A stretch of DNA of 64,000 nt from Barthelona sp. PCE (taxonomy: Eukaryota), in NCBI GenBank assembly GCA_040285745.1, contig JAUFOR010000002.1, positions 620,001 to 684,000 of the forward strand. Direction: 5' to 3'. The notes below the pieces were generated by a model. It saw only the letters and a program-made list of their open reading frames with translations, made no database searches and was not told where the DNA came from. Position numbers and translations under genes: made by a program. Below, piece after piece: positions 1-10,600 of the stretch (position 1 is the stretch's first letter; the number at the start of each line of letters is the position of its first letter).

Positions 1-1881
1 CAAAGTCATGTACAGCATAATTTGGTTGATAAGTTGAAGGAAGTTGAACAGAAGACTGTTAACGAGCTTAAGGACTGGAGGACATCACAGATGAATCGCT
101 CTAAGCAGCGTATTGAGGATACAATTCAAAAAGCTCTTAGCAGAGGCATGCAAACATTTGATAATGTTGAAAGAGATTATAATATTAAACTCAACGCTAT
201 CAAGCAAGACATTCATGAGAAGCGCCTTAAGGACGCCCAGAACCGCAAGAACATGAGTTATAGTTCCCAAAAAGCAGAAGAATTACGTCAAAAAGCAAAA
301 GAAACAGCAAAAGAGAAGGCAATGATTCGCGTTAAGACCAGAGAGGTGTTAAAACTGCTGGATGAGCGCGAGGCCAAGAAGAGAAAGCACACAACCCTGA
401 TCCAGGATAAAAAATTGAAGATCCAGCAGAATCTCCAAGTTTTGAAGAAGAATTGGAAAAAATCCATTATGGAAAGATTGAACATTTATTTCATGAAGAA
501 ATACTTGCAGTTGCGCATAGAAACGTACAATGCATACGTTAAGAATGGAGAGAATGGACTGTGGAACTTTGAAGAGAAGGAAATATGGAAAATTGTAACT
601 GGTGACGGAAGCTGGACAGAAGATCAATGGAGTGAGCTTCAGCTCAACATTGATTTTGCGCTTGAGGACTATGATACCATCATAGAGCGTAACGAGGAGC
701 TATTTAACCTAGAGAGAGAGGAGAAAGGAAAGGAAATGCCGGATTTGTCTAAAGTTACAGCACCTATTTGTGCTCGTGATGAGGAATCCCCCTCAACAGT
801 TGAGATACCGAAGCCAATAATACCAGCCATAACAACAGTTAACCCCACAACTACCGATCCGATGCTCTATGTTTTGAAGGAGGGATTACTCACCCTGGAT
901 GACGTCCGCAAGCAGAGACTAGCGTTACTGAATGAGATGTTGATTGAGAGCAGATCAAAGATGCATATTAGATGTTACAATGATGTATTAGAAGAGACAG
1001 AACGTCGAAAGAGACAAATAGCACATGAGCATCATTTGATGCTTAAGGAGGATGAGTATTCCCGTAAATGTCAGGACATTGGTCTTTGGAGAGAGCAGGA
1101 GGAGCAACTCAAGATGTGGAGAGAGGATCGTGTACGTCAGAGCATAGAGTCCCAAGATATGTTGCGATCCTTTGATTCCTCGGCCTTGGGCGACTCTGGA
1201 TTGATGAGCGTCTTGAATAACTTAGAGGAGTCTGCTAAACAGAAGTGGATTATTAAGGAGGAAAGGAGAAAGATGGAGAGACAACGTCAACTGTTACAAG
1301 AAAGAGCTCAGATTGAGGCAGAGCTCGCCAAGCGATTGGAAGCACACAAGTCGATAAGTAAGCAAATGGGAATTGTTGTGGAGGACACAAGCGAGGAAGC
1401 ACAGAACTTCATCAAACAGGATCTGAGTGAAAACTTAGAGACGAATGAATTGGCAGATCAGCGCCGGAAGGAAGAAGAAGAGGTTGAGCGTCTAAGTCGT
1501 AGAAATATGAGACAAGAAGAGCGTAGGAAGAGGGAAGCGGTAACCCGTATGCGTGCTTTATTGTTGAGTGGTGGTCAGTTTATCAAACATGGTCGCCGTG
1601 GTAGACCACATCCTCGTTATGTTGTGCTTGGTGATGACATGGCCACAGTTTTTTGGAGAGATCCCAAGAAGAGCAAGTTCAAGAATTCAATGCACATAGC
1701 AGAGATAACAGATGTTGTTCCTGGAAAGCAGACTGCTGTTTTTGAGAGATCTGACGTTGAACCAGGATTGTGTTTTTCTTTGGTCGGCATTGACAGAACA
1801 CTTGATTTACAATGTGAGACGATTGATGAGAGAGATATGTGGGTCGGTGCATTCCAATACTTGATTACAGGTAATGAATAA
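1..1881 (+). CDS. Coiled-coil protein with C-terminal PH domain (PLC-type/Mcp5-like PH); 5'-truncated by the window edge
   Basis: The frame is open from base 1. Long E/K/R-rich heptad region, then a C-terminal GGQFIKHGRRGRPHPRYV...VVPGKQTAVFER...CFSLVGIDRTLDLQCETIDERDMWV, which matches the PLC-like PH pattern. Confidence 0.8.
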   Translation, partial: QSHVQHNLVDKLKEVEQKTVNELKDWRTSQMNRSKQRIEDTIQKALSRGMQTFDNVERDYNIKLNAIKQDIHEKRLKDAQNRKNMSYSSQKAEELRQKAKETAKEKAMIRVKTREVLKLLDEREAKKRKHTTLIQDKKLKIQQNLQVLKKNWKKSIMERLNIYFMKKYLQLRIETYNAYVKNGENGLWNFEEKEIWKIVTGDGSWTEDQWSELQLNIDFALEDYDTIIERNEELFNLEREEKGKEMPDLSKVTAPICARDEESPSTVEIPKPIIPAITTVNPTTTDPMLYVLKEGLLTLDDVRKQRLALLNEMLIESRSKMHIRCYNDVLEETERRKRQIAHEHHLMLKEDEYSRKCQDIGLWREQEEQLKMWREDRVRQSIESQDMLRSFDSSALGDSGLMSVLNNLEESAKQKWIIKEERRKMERQRQLLQERAQIEAELAKRLEAHKSISKQMGIVVEDTSEEAQNFIKQDLSENLETNELADQRRKEEEEVERLSRRNMRQEERRKREAVTRMRALLLSGGQFIKHGRRGRPHPRYVVLGDDMATVFWRDPKKSKFKNSMHIAEITDVVPGKQTAVFERSDVEPGLCFSLVGIDRTLDLQCETIDERDMWVGAFQYLITGNE

Positions 1882-2205
1882 AGAATAGAAAATGTTTGAA
1901 ATTGATTATAAATTGAAATTTTCTTTGAGCAAATCTGAAGCGTTACAGCTTATTGTGTGTTATCTAAGTCCGTTTTTGCGTACTCGAAGGTTAAAATAAG
2001 CACAAAACATTCTCAATGTTCATTAACCATAAAGTGACGTGTTAAGGGTTTAGGATATCACACCTTTGATAAAGCGGCAGAAAAATTGATTTCAATCCTT
2101 TATTCTGCCAAAAGAAATGCTGAGAGCAAGCGGAAAACGTGTATTCAGATATTCATTCTCTTTACTATTTTATTGTAGCGTTTTCGGTTTAAACGGGCTA
2201 ACAGC

Positions 2206-5200
2206 ATGGCTTATAACGCAGCCATAAGACGTATAGATGAATACGAGGATATTTTTTGTTCTTTAGATTTTTCAGCACATTTTTCCATCAGTACACCTTC
2301 AGGAATAGCAGTGTTTGGGGAACAGAGCATGTTTTTATACAATTTTATAAGCAAAGCAAAAAGTAGCTTGTTTTTTGAAGATGAAGTGCGCTGTGCATAT
2401 TTTGCAGAGTTTTTTATTGAACGCAATGTATTCGTGATCCTGTTTGCCACAGGAGTGCGAATTTTACGTTGTGATGATTTAGGAGTTGTATTTGATGCTT
2501 ATTATCAAGATTATCTTCAAGATCTATTAAAAGACACTGGAGAAGATGCGCAGAGTATCGGTATAGTGTGTAACCATGGAGATTATCATTCTAAAGAAAG
2601 GTTAATATCAGTGGTTTTAGATAAATACATATTAATTTTGAAATTGCAAAAGACCAGCTTAATACGTTTGTTTTTTGGAAAGTTAAACCTGAATTCAACC
2701 CTACTGAGATGTCGTTTCATATCAAAAGAAGTTGTTATTGTATCATGTCTAGATAATGAGATTCTTTTTTTTAATTTTGGTTGTAATATTTTAAATCCAA
2801 TTTGTACATCAACTCACCCTCATTTATTAGAGATCTGTAATAATTTTAATCGAATTTTGGTTGTCAATCAAAATACAATCAGTGTTTTGAAGGAAGATGG
2901 GTCTGAACACATGGTTATCAAGCTTCCATACTCTATTAACAGTATTATTGAACATGCTCATGGGTTATGGATTATCATATGCCCCACAGCACTTGTAGTC
3001 ATCGATTCAGAAATGGGAACCACTCAGCCCCCAATTATACTAGCGACTTCACAGTACGGTACTGTACAGAAGACGCCTCTCACATCGTTTGGATGTCATG
3101 GATCGCATGCAATCTTTTTGAAGAACGGTATACTTATCCGTTATGCCACGTCACTTTTACTCACATCAGAGGAGAAGCGGAAATCAAATATGATGAGTGG
3201 TGTAGGTCACCAACAAGAGTTTGTGTATGATAGTTTGGATATTTTGAATGATACAGAGCGTCTCTTTGATACAATTAACAAAAAACCTTCAACCACATTT
3301 AGGCAACAGCGAAGAAGAAATTCGTTAGTGGATGCAAGTATGTTGAGTGAACCATTACTTCAAAAGATCAAAAAAGGAATCCTAAACAAAGAAGTTATTC
3401 GATTTGCACTTGTTAATCTAAAGGAAGATATAAATCAAATTGATGAAAATGGTGAAGGTCTGGCCTTTTATACATTGAGGTATCTACGTAACGATGCTTA
3501 CAATCAGTTCCAATTGCTGCACAGGTTCAATATTGATTGGGATATCACTAACAAAGACGGTTTCACAGCGCTTATGGTTGCATGTACACAACCTACAGCA
3601 GAGATGAGACGTATTGTGCAGTTTTTGCTGCATGTTGGTGTTGATTTGACCAAAAGAGATTACCTAGGTCAATCATTATTTCACAAGATTTGTCATTATT
3701 ATACCAAAGATGCTGCAAAGGTTCTTTTTTCGACAATGAAGCACGTTGAAGATTTTTCAGCAATTCTTTCTCCCGATATTGATGGTTGGACACCATTACA
3801 TTACGCATGCAGATATGTTGAAGATCATTTATCCAAAATAATTGCAATGCTCATTAAAAAGGGTTGCGATCCATTTGCAAAGAACAACTTGGGTCAATCA
3901 CCTCTGGACTTCCTTGTTGATGGATACGCAAGCGATAAGGCCAACTGTATTACGATCATATATGATTTAACAGGAAGGCTGGATGAGCTACCGGTTGAAT
4001 ACCGAGAGATACTACAGGAAGAGAGTAAGATGGAGGAGGATGAATTGAGTAATTATGGATTTAAACTTTCTGTATCGACGAAAAAAATTAAGGAATCTAA
4101 GAAGATACGCCGTAAGAAGAAGAATCGTAAACATCGTCCGAACTCTGCCAGTAACCGTGCCATTAGTCAGTTACGTAATATGGCAAGGAGTATACCAACC
4201 CGTGAACAATTGCTCTCATTCCTGCTCTCATCCCCAAATTTGTGCATCACCAATCAGCGAGGTCAGAGTGTGTTTATGATTTTCTTTCGTAAAGCAACTT
4301 CCGATGATATCATGCATGTATTCGACAACATCGTAGAAGCTATGCAAGGAATCGAAGACTTTGACAGTAATGCAGTTGATGAGCAAGGTCGTTCTATTTT
4401 GACCCATCTTTGCGCAAATAAGCAGTCAGTCGCCCCCATTGTGCGACGTTTATTGTTGGAGACAAAATGTCGTCCATCGTTATTCGATCTCCACCAAGTT
4501 GCTCACAGACAAGGTGAACGTGTTGAATTGTTTAAATTGTTCTTACCATTTATTGATGAAAATACCAAATCAATGATCAATTTCAGAAAACCCTATTTCG
4601 AACCAGGGATGTTTCTACACCAACTACTTTTATCCCCAGCTGCAGATATTGTTCACTGTCTTGAAGTGTTGTCTGGTATTAACATTGATTTAGATGCTGT
4701 TGATCCTCATACTGGAAGTACGTGTCTCCACATATTTTTTGATCGGTTTATTGATTCCTCTGATGGAGTAATGGAATATCAACATATTGGGAAACCAATT
4801 ATGTTCTTATCAAAGTCACAGATTGCTGCTTGTCGTTATATTTTATTGGAAGTTCCCAAAATATGGCATACAAAGAATAGTTATGGCTTTTCTCTCAATG
4901 AACTTTTTGAAAAATATCTACCACATGGTATCCATAGTAATTTCAGTCAGTTTGTTTCAGCAATTCATGAGAATAAGTTAGATAGACTCGATGCAATGAT
5001 GATGGAAATCAATGGTGGAGAGGCAACATCAGATCGGTTCTTATCAATGATGACTTCTTTTGAATCCTTTACAGAGGAGATCATGTCATCAGAAATTGAT
5101 ACATGTTCCGAATGTTCCGATCTTTTTTCTGTTGCTTCTTTTAATATGATTCATACAGATTACAGTGATAGTGACAACGATGGGTCAGTCTGTTCTGATC

Positions 5201-7497
5201 TGTTAAGTGATCAAGTAGATGAGTATAGTATTTTCAATGACGATGTTGACGATGAGGAAGATGTTGACTTTTCTTCATTGCATTTAGAGAAGGTTTCTGA
5301 TAAAGTGTATAGACCGGATATTCTAAATGTTTCGACATCTACAACTGATATACCACGTATGCATGTTGATCTCCTGACATTCAGTCCTAAACATTTCGTA
5401 CGATTCTTCCCTTCATACTATCAAAGTCTTAGTGGAGTCGCTGAAGTTACATGGATATTTAAAGAGTTATTGACTATCGGAAAATTGGGAGTTGATCGTG
5501 CGCGTAACCTTGATTTCTTCAGTGCTCAGACGGGTTTGTACTTCAAAACAGTCGTTAACATTGGAATTTCTGTTATGAAGATGATTACTTTACCAGAACT
5601 GGATGAGGAGACGATGGACAGAGCACGCTTGGACGAGTTAGAGCAACGTAAGCGTGTTGTTGAACTGTTCAAAAGTGTGGAAATCAGTGAGAGTTTTATT
5701 CAACTGCTCAAAAGTGTTCAGGAGTATTGCAAATACGTCGATCTTAACAAAAATGGAGATCTGTCAAATGATCGTGTACTGGAGATAGTAAGCGGTGATG
5801 ACATTCGTTTTTTCATTCCATTCGTGCGTGATTTCAACTATACGCTCATGAAACTGATTGCAGATGTGCAAAACGTCGTCCCTGGAGCTTTTCTAAGTAT
5901 TGTTCCTATCGATGAGACTCTTGCATGGAACGCTCTCATTGCAGACCGTTTTGATGCGATTAAAAACCCAGAGATCCACTGTCTTTTATTAAATCGTTGT
6001 TTGGAGACTTATGATGTTACCGAGAGTATTACAGAGATGGAAGCTATGGCCTTCTCAGAGACCAAAACAGCAAAGTGTTTTTACGGAAAATTTGCAATTA
6101 TTCATAACGAATTGGATACACTCACTGGTTTCAGTAGTGATATTAACAGTGATGCTCAGTCTGCCCAAGCAGTATCGGAAAACTCACTATTTAGTCAAGC
6201 CATTGAAACCAATTTGGAGGAAGAAGCCGCTCAAGGTATCAGTAGATCATTTGCTATTGCTCAAGAGTTTCGAATCAACGGCAGTATCATTTTTGAGAAC
6301 GGTGGTACAGAAGAAGATATTACAGAGATGGATATGTGTACGCTTAATGAAGAGGATGTTGTTATCAAGGTTTTCCGTGATCCTTCGTTTGTAGATGTTG
6401 CATATTTCTTATTGAAGGAATCGGGCGTTAACATGGATGGTCTTGCGGTGTGCTATGGTCTGATAAAGATGCCGTACGGTTCCATAGGTCTTGTTATGAA
6501 GAGATACACATGCTCACTTGAGACAATGTGTCTTTCTTCTCAGAGTAAGTATGTCTTCTTCACCTCGGTTGCAGACACGTTGAATAATCTTCACAGTAAT
6601 GGATTTTTGCATGGTAATCTCAAACCGAGCAATATTCTTTTCGATGATGATAAGTGTGTTTATCTCGCTGATTTGAGATGTCACGATTTGAAGAACGAGT
6701 TCATTCACGAACGCGATATTAGTATGGCGTTGTCAGAGGAGGAGCGTAAGCATTCATCAATTTTTGTGCTGAAGCATCTTGCCAAAAATTTTTTTCAGAA
6801 ATTGGATGTATTAAACAATGATTTAACAACTTTTTTCACGTTCAAGCAAGTGTTAAAGCTTACGCAAGATCAGGAATCATGTGTAGACTACATTCATGAA
6901 GTATTCTTCCGTGCAGATAAACTAAGTGTATATGGATCACCAGAGACAATTTTGTTTGATAGTTACAGCGGATTCAGTGATGTATATTCATTTTGTGTTA
7001 TCATTTGTAAGGTATTAAAGCCAATGATGTCTGCATTACAACTAAGTACATTGGAGATTATTCCAGAGTTATTAACTTCAAATAGTATGCAGTTGGACAG
7101 ATCGTTGCCACGTTGGATATTGGCTATTCTTAAGCTCATGAACGAGTATGACCCTAATCTACGTATTGGATCTAAGAGAGTATTAGATGAATTAAATGTA
7201 GAAGTAAGATATTTGGGCTCATCCTCAACGTTAGGATCCAGGGTATCGTTGTCAGGAAGTCTTACACCGAGTGCTGATCTAAAAGATATTTTCAAAAGGG
7301 ATAGTGGTGTTGTCAGTATTGACGTATCACCTAATATGGGATCAAAAGAATTTTTTGAAACGAATTCAGACTTTGATGATGAGTTTTTGTTGGAAGAAGA
7401 TGTAGATGCAGCTAGTTTAAAGAGTAGACAAGAAGAAGAAACATTAATAGCAGAAGACAATCACACAAATTCTTCATGTTCTTGTCAGCTGCTTTAA
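2206..7497 (+). CDS. Large ankyrin-repeat protein with C-terminal protein-kinase-like (probable pseudokinase) domain and CaaX motif
   Basis: Ankyrin motifs DGFTALMVAC, LGQSLFHKIC, DGWTPLHYAC, TGSTCLHIF. Kinase subdomains VVIKVF, LHGNLKPSNILF, YLADL, YGSPE, SDVYSFCVII. Ends in CSCQLL*. Confidence 0.8.
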   Translation: MAYNAAIRRIDEYEDIFCSLDFSAHFSISTPSGIAVFGEQSMFLYNFISKAKSSLFFEDEVRCAYFAEFFIERNVFVILFATGVRILRCDDLGVVFDAYYQDYLQDLLKDTGEDAQSIGIVCNHGDYHSKERLISVVLDKYILILKLQKTSLIRLFFGKLNLNSTLLRCRFISKEVVIVSCLDNEILFFNFGCNILNPICTSTHPHLLEICNNFNRILVVNQNTISVLKEDGSEHMVIKLPYSINSIIEHAHGLWIIICPTALVVIDSEMGTTQPPIILATSQYGTVQKTPLTSFGCHGSHAIFLKNGILIRYATSLLLTSEEKRKSNMMSGVGHQQEFVYDSLDILNDTERLFDTINKKPSTTFRQQRRRNSLVDASMLSEPLLQKIKKGILNKEVIRFALVNLKEDINQIDENGEGLAFYTLRYLRNDAYNQFQLLHRFNIDWDITNKDGFTALMVACTQPTAEMRRIVQFLLHVGVDLTKRDYLGQSLFHKICHYYTKDAAKVLFSTMKHVEDFSAILSPDIDGWTPLHYACRYVEDHLSKIIAMLIKKGCDPFAKNNLGQSPLDFLVDGYASDKANCITIIYDLTGRLDELPVEYREILQEESKMEEDELSNYGFKLSVSTKKIKESKKIRRKKKNRKHRPNSASNRAISQLRNMARSIPTREQLLSFLLSSPNLCITNQRGQSVFMIFFRKATSDDIMHVFDNIVEAMQGIEDFDSNAVDEQGRSILTHLCANKQSVAPIVRRLLLETKCRPSLFDLHQVAHRQGERVELFKLFLPFIDENTKSMINFRKPYFEPGMFLHQLLLSPAADIVHCLEVLSGINIDLDAVDPHTGSTCLHIFFDRFIDSSDGVMEYQHIGKPIMFLSKSQIAACRYILLEVPKIWHTKNSYGFSLNELFEKYLPHGIHSNFSQFVSAIHENKLDRLDAMMMEINGGEATSDRFLSMMTSFESFTEEIMSSEIDTCSECSDLFSVASFNMIHTDYSDSDNDGSVCSDLLSDQVDEYSIFNDDVDDEEDVDFSSLHLEKVSDKVYRPDILNVSTSTTDIPRMHVDLLTFSPKHFVRFFPSYYQSLSGVAEVTWIFKELLTIGKLGVDRARNLDFFSAQTGLYFKTVVNIGISVMKMITLPELDEETMDRARLDELEQRKRVVELFKSVEISESFIQLLKSVQEYCKYVDLNKNGDLSNDRVLEIVSGDDIRFFIPFVRDFNYTLMKLIADVQNVVPGAFLSIVPIDETLAWNALIADRFDAIKNPEIHCLLLNRCLETYDVTESITEMEAMAFSETKTAKCFYGKFAIIHNELDTLTGFSSDINSDAQSAQAVSENSLFSQAIETNLEEEAAQGISRSFAIAQEFRINGSIIFENGGTEEDITEMDMCTLNEEDVVIKVFRDPSFVDVAYFLLKESGVNMDGLAVCYGLIKMPYGSIGLVMKRYTCSLETMCLSSQSKYVFFTSVADTLNNLHSNGFLHGNLKPSNILFDDDKCVYLADLRCHDLKNEFIHERDISMALSEEERKHSSIFVLKHLAKNFFQKLDVLNNDLTTFFTFKQVLKLTQDQESCVDYIHEVFFRADKLSVYGSPETILFDSYSGFSDVYSFCVIICKVLKPMMSALQLSTLEIIPELLTSNSMQLDRSLPRWILAILKLMNEYDPNLRIGSKRVLDELNVEVRYLGSSSTLGSRVSLSGSLTPSADLKDIFKRDSGVVSIDVSPNMGSKEFFETNSDFDDEFLLEEDVDAASLKSRQEEETLIAEDNHTNSSCSCQLL

Positions 7498-7611
7498 ATA
7501 TATAATAAACCTCTATTTTGCTGTTGCACACATGCTTGATGTGTAAATACCTAAAAACTTTGATAAATGGATTGTTTTCCTTCTTATCTCTATTTCATTG
7601 CATTTTTTGAT

Positions 7612-10600
7612 ATGAGAGAAGCCCTGTTCGCTTTGTTGAATGAGGTGGTATTCTTTATCAGTAGTGAAACGAACCAGATCGTTTATCACTCACCTAATGT
7701 CCAATCCTCTTTTCCGAAGGCAGATCTCAATAACCTGGCATCTCAGTTTCAGCCGACCATACAGCAGATCATGCCACAGATTGAGAGCCAGCTCCTTACA
7801 CAAGGCTACACACAATTGCAACAATCACCTGTCATTACCTTTCGTGGCAATTTTGCACAGTCCGCATGTGAATTTCGCATAGTTCGTGACCAAGAGGGAT
7901 ATGTTCTGGTGTTGGAGAAGTTGCATTTTGATAAACATTTCTCTCGTTTACCATTACATCAGGAGAACAAACTTATTTCGAGCACATTCTATTCTCCACT
8001 CGTTGCAAACCTAATAATTGGTTCACGAGGTGAGATTATCAGTGCCAATCAAGTTGGTCTATCACTTTTGGGTGACTGCACAGAAGCAAACCTCTCTCAA
8101 TTTAATCTAACTAATTTACACGACTGTATCAAGGATGAGAGCGATGTTTCGCTCCACTTTGACTGGATCCGGTCTTCAGGCGGCTCTGTCGTTTATCAAA
8201 CGGATGGATTAGGAATATCGATGGTTGTTAGTGCTTTTGAATCAGAACATGAGCCAACGTGTTATTTTTTCCAAATACTCCCAAAGACAACCGAGCACGC
8301 TCTTATCCTTCGTAGTGAGATCTTAAGGCATATTGTTCAATCTCTGGGACTGAATTTATTGGTCATCAGTGCAAATGGTATTGTTTTGGACGTAAGTACC
8401 GAGGCATCACTCGCTATGGGTATGGCCCGTCGTGACGTCATCAACAAGCCTATCATTGATCTCATGATTGATGCCGATGGTTGTCAAAAGGCAGATTTCA
8501 GAACAGCACTGAATGAAGCAGAGAAAGAATTGCTTGGTATCAGGTACAACACCGGTCAGCCACCAAACACCCAAGCAAATGGTATTTTCACGGAGACACG
8601 AACTGGCCCTCAATATACAAACATGGCATTCATTAATGGTGTTCAGATTCGCAACGTTCGCGTTTTCCCTCTCGTCGTGAAGGAGATGTGTGTGTATGTG
8701 CTTGTGTACCCGCCAACCACACAGAGCAAGGCCCCAGGCATCCAGCAACACAACACTTCGACCAAGAGGACACTGGCGCTTCACAAGTATCCAGAGGAGA
8801 CGATGGACTTTCAGATTGACCAAGACATTGGGTTTTTCGATGGATTCCCATGTGTTGTTGTACTGCATAACACAGACGGTGTTCTGTTGAAGATGCACGC
8901 GTCCGAAGAGATGGGCCTTCCATCTATTAATATTCTTGGTGATTACATTGACAATGGTTTCAATGTTGACCCTATGGAGGTCCGCAACATCACAGAAGTC
9001 GACGTCTCACTAACTGCGCTGTCCAGAAAGACGAAGGAAAGAGGATGGACTCGTTTTGAGGAGCTAAAAGATGAGCTGGAGCAAAATGGTAAATCTACAT
9101 TCCAGTGTGTTCTCAAGACCATAAACGGGCTTGTCTCGTTTGAAGCGTGGTCGCGCTTGATATTTGAAGGAGACCATCCGCTCATTTCAACCTTTTATGT
9201 TTCACGTGAGTCAGTCAGCGATGCATTCTCACTCAGCACTGTGCTCGGTTCTGCGCTTGACGCCATCACTGAGCCGATGTTTGTTGTTGATCACTTAGGC
9301 CGTACTTATTACTGTAACCGCAATGGTCTGTCTATGATTTCGGTGCTGTCATTAGACCAGATCGTTAACAAGCCGTTCAACGATTTGCTCTCTTTCTACG
9401 GTAGCTCGTGCGACTTCAGCACATTCCAGCAGTTTGCGGACGCTGTTCGTGTTAACAACACTATAAAGTTGAGCGTTACTTACAGTCATAAGCAGTACGA
9501 CGCCTTTTCAACAATGACACATGTCCACGACAGGGAGTATTTTGTCATTATGATTGGTGCCGAGAAGTACACTGGTGACGTGCAGTTCTACAGATACTCT
9601 ATGCACGCGTCCAGCGCTTCATTTGTTTGGGTGCGCAACAACGGTCGTATCCACGAGTGTAATGCCTCATTTTGCCTGTTGCTGGGGTTCACCCGACCAG
9701 ATCTCCTGGACCAGGACTTTATGAGCATATTTGAGAACATAACAAGCGTTCAATTCAGCGATCTATGGTCTCTTAGAAGTTCATTTATAGAGGTTAAGGT
9801 GGTGCGCCCTGATGGTAAGGCGCTCATTTTACGTATCGTACCCACCCAAATAACGTGCAAAACCCGCGAACTATGTCTGTTCCACGTCACAGATGTCACT
9901 CATTATGATTATCTACGGGGCCAGATGCTGATGATGGAGAATACTCTTACACATGTTAGCGACGCTGTTCTCTTCATAGACGGCAGCGGATCAATAGTGT
10001 ACTGCAACGAGAATGCAAAGAAGATGACAGGATACATGGATAATTCGTTAATGGATGGCTTCCCTTACGTACGTTTGTTGCACTCGTCTGATAACCCAAT
10101 TGATGTCGACAGGCAGTGGTCACAGCGTGTCCATATGTTGGAAGCCCAAGATGGGTTCCTCCACTCCGATGTCATTATTCACAAGCTAGATACAACGACT
10201 GTCCAGGTCAAGACAATGAGTAGTTTCATCAGTGTTGGTAACCAGAAGTACGTGGTTGAGATTTTGAGGTATCCTCATGATGTTGTAGCAACTGGTATGA
10301 TTGATTCAGTTATCACTGAGCAACCGTCTGTATCCCTCAAGTATTTGAACGGAGTCCTTCACCAGTTCACACAGCCTCTACAGGATCTGGTGAATTTTGT
10401 ACGACCGGAGACTATTGATGTTAACGGTAACGAGCAGCAGCTGTTCCTCAAGAAGATTTGTCAACGTTTCAATACTGCGGTTGAGCATTTGCATTTGTTT
10501 TACAAAGTCAAGAACGAAGCGATAGTTTTAAATCCAACTGAGTTCACTATTGAACAGCTGAGACACAGTATTTTCACAGCACTGGAGAACGAGATGAATT

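Noticed and set aside
2041-2054. Telomere-like TTAAGGGTTTAGG
   Set aside because: Fewer than two full units and not an array; probably chance.
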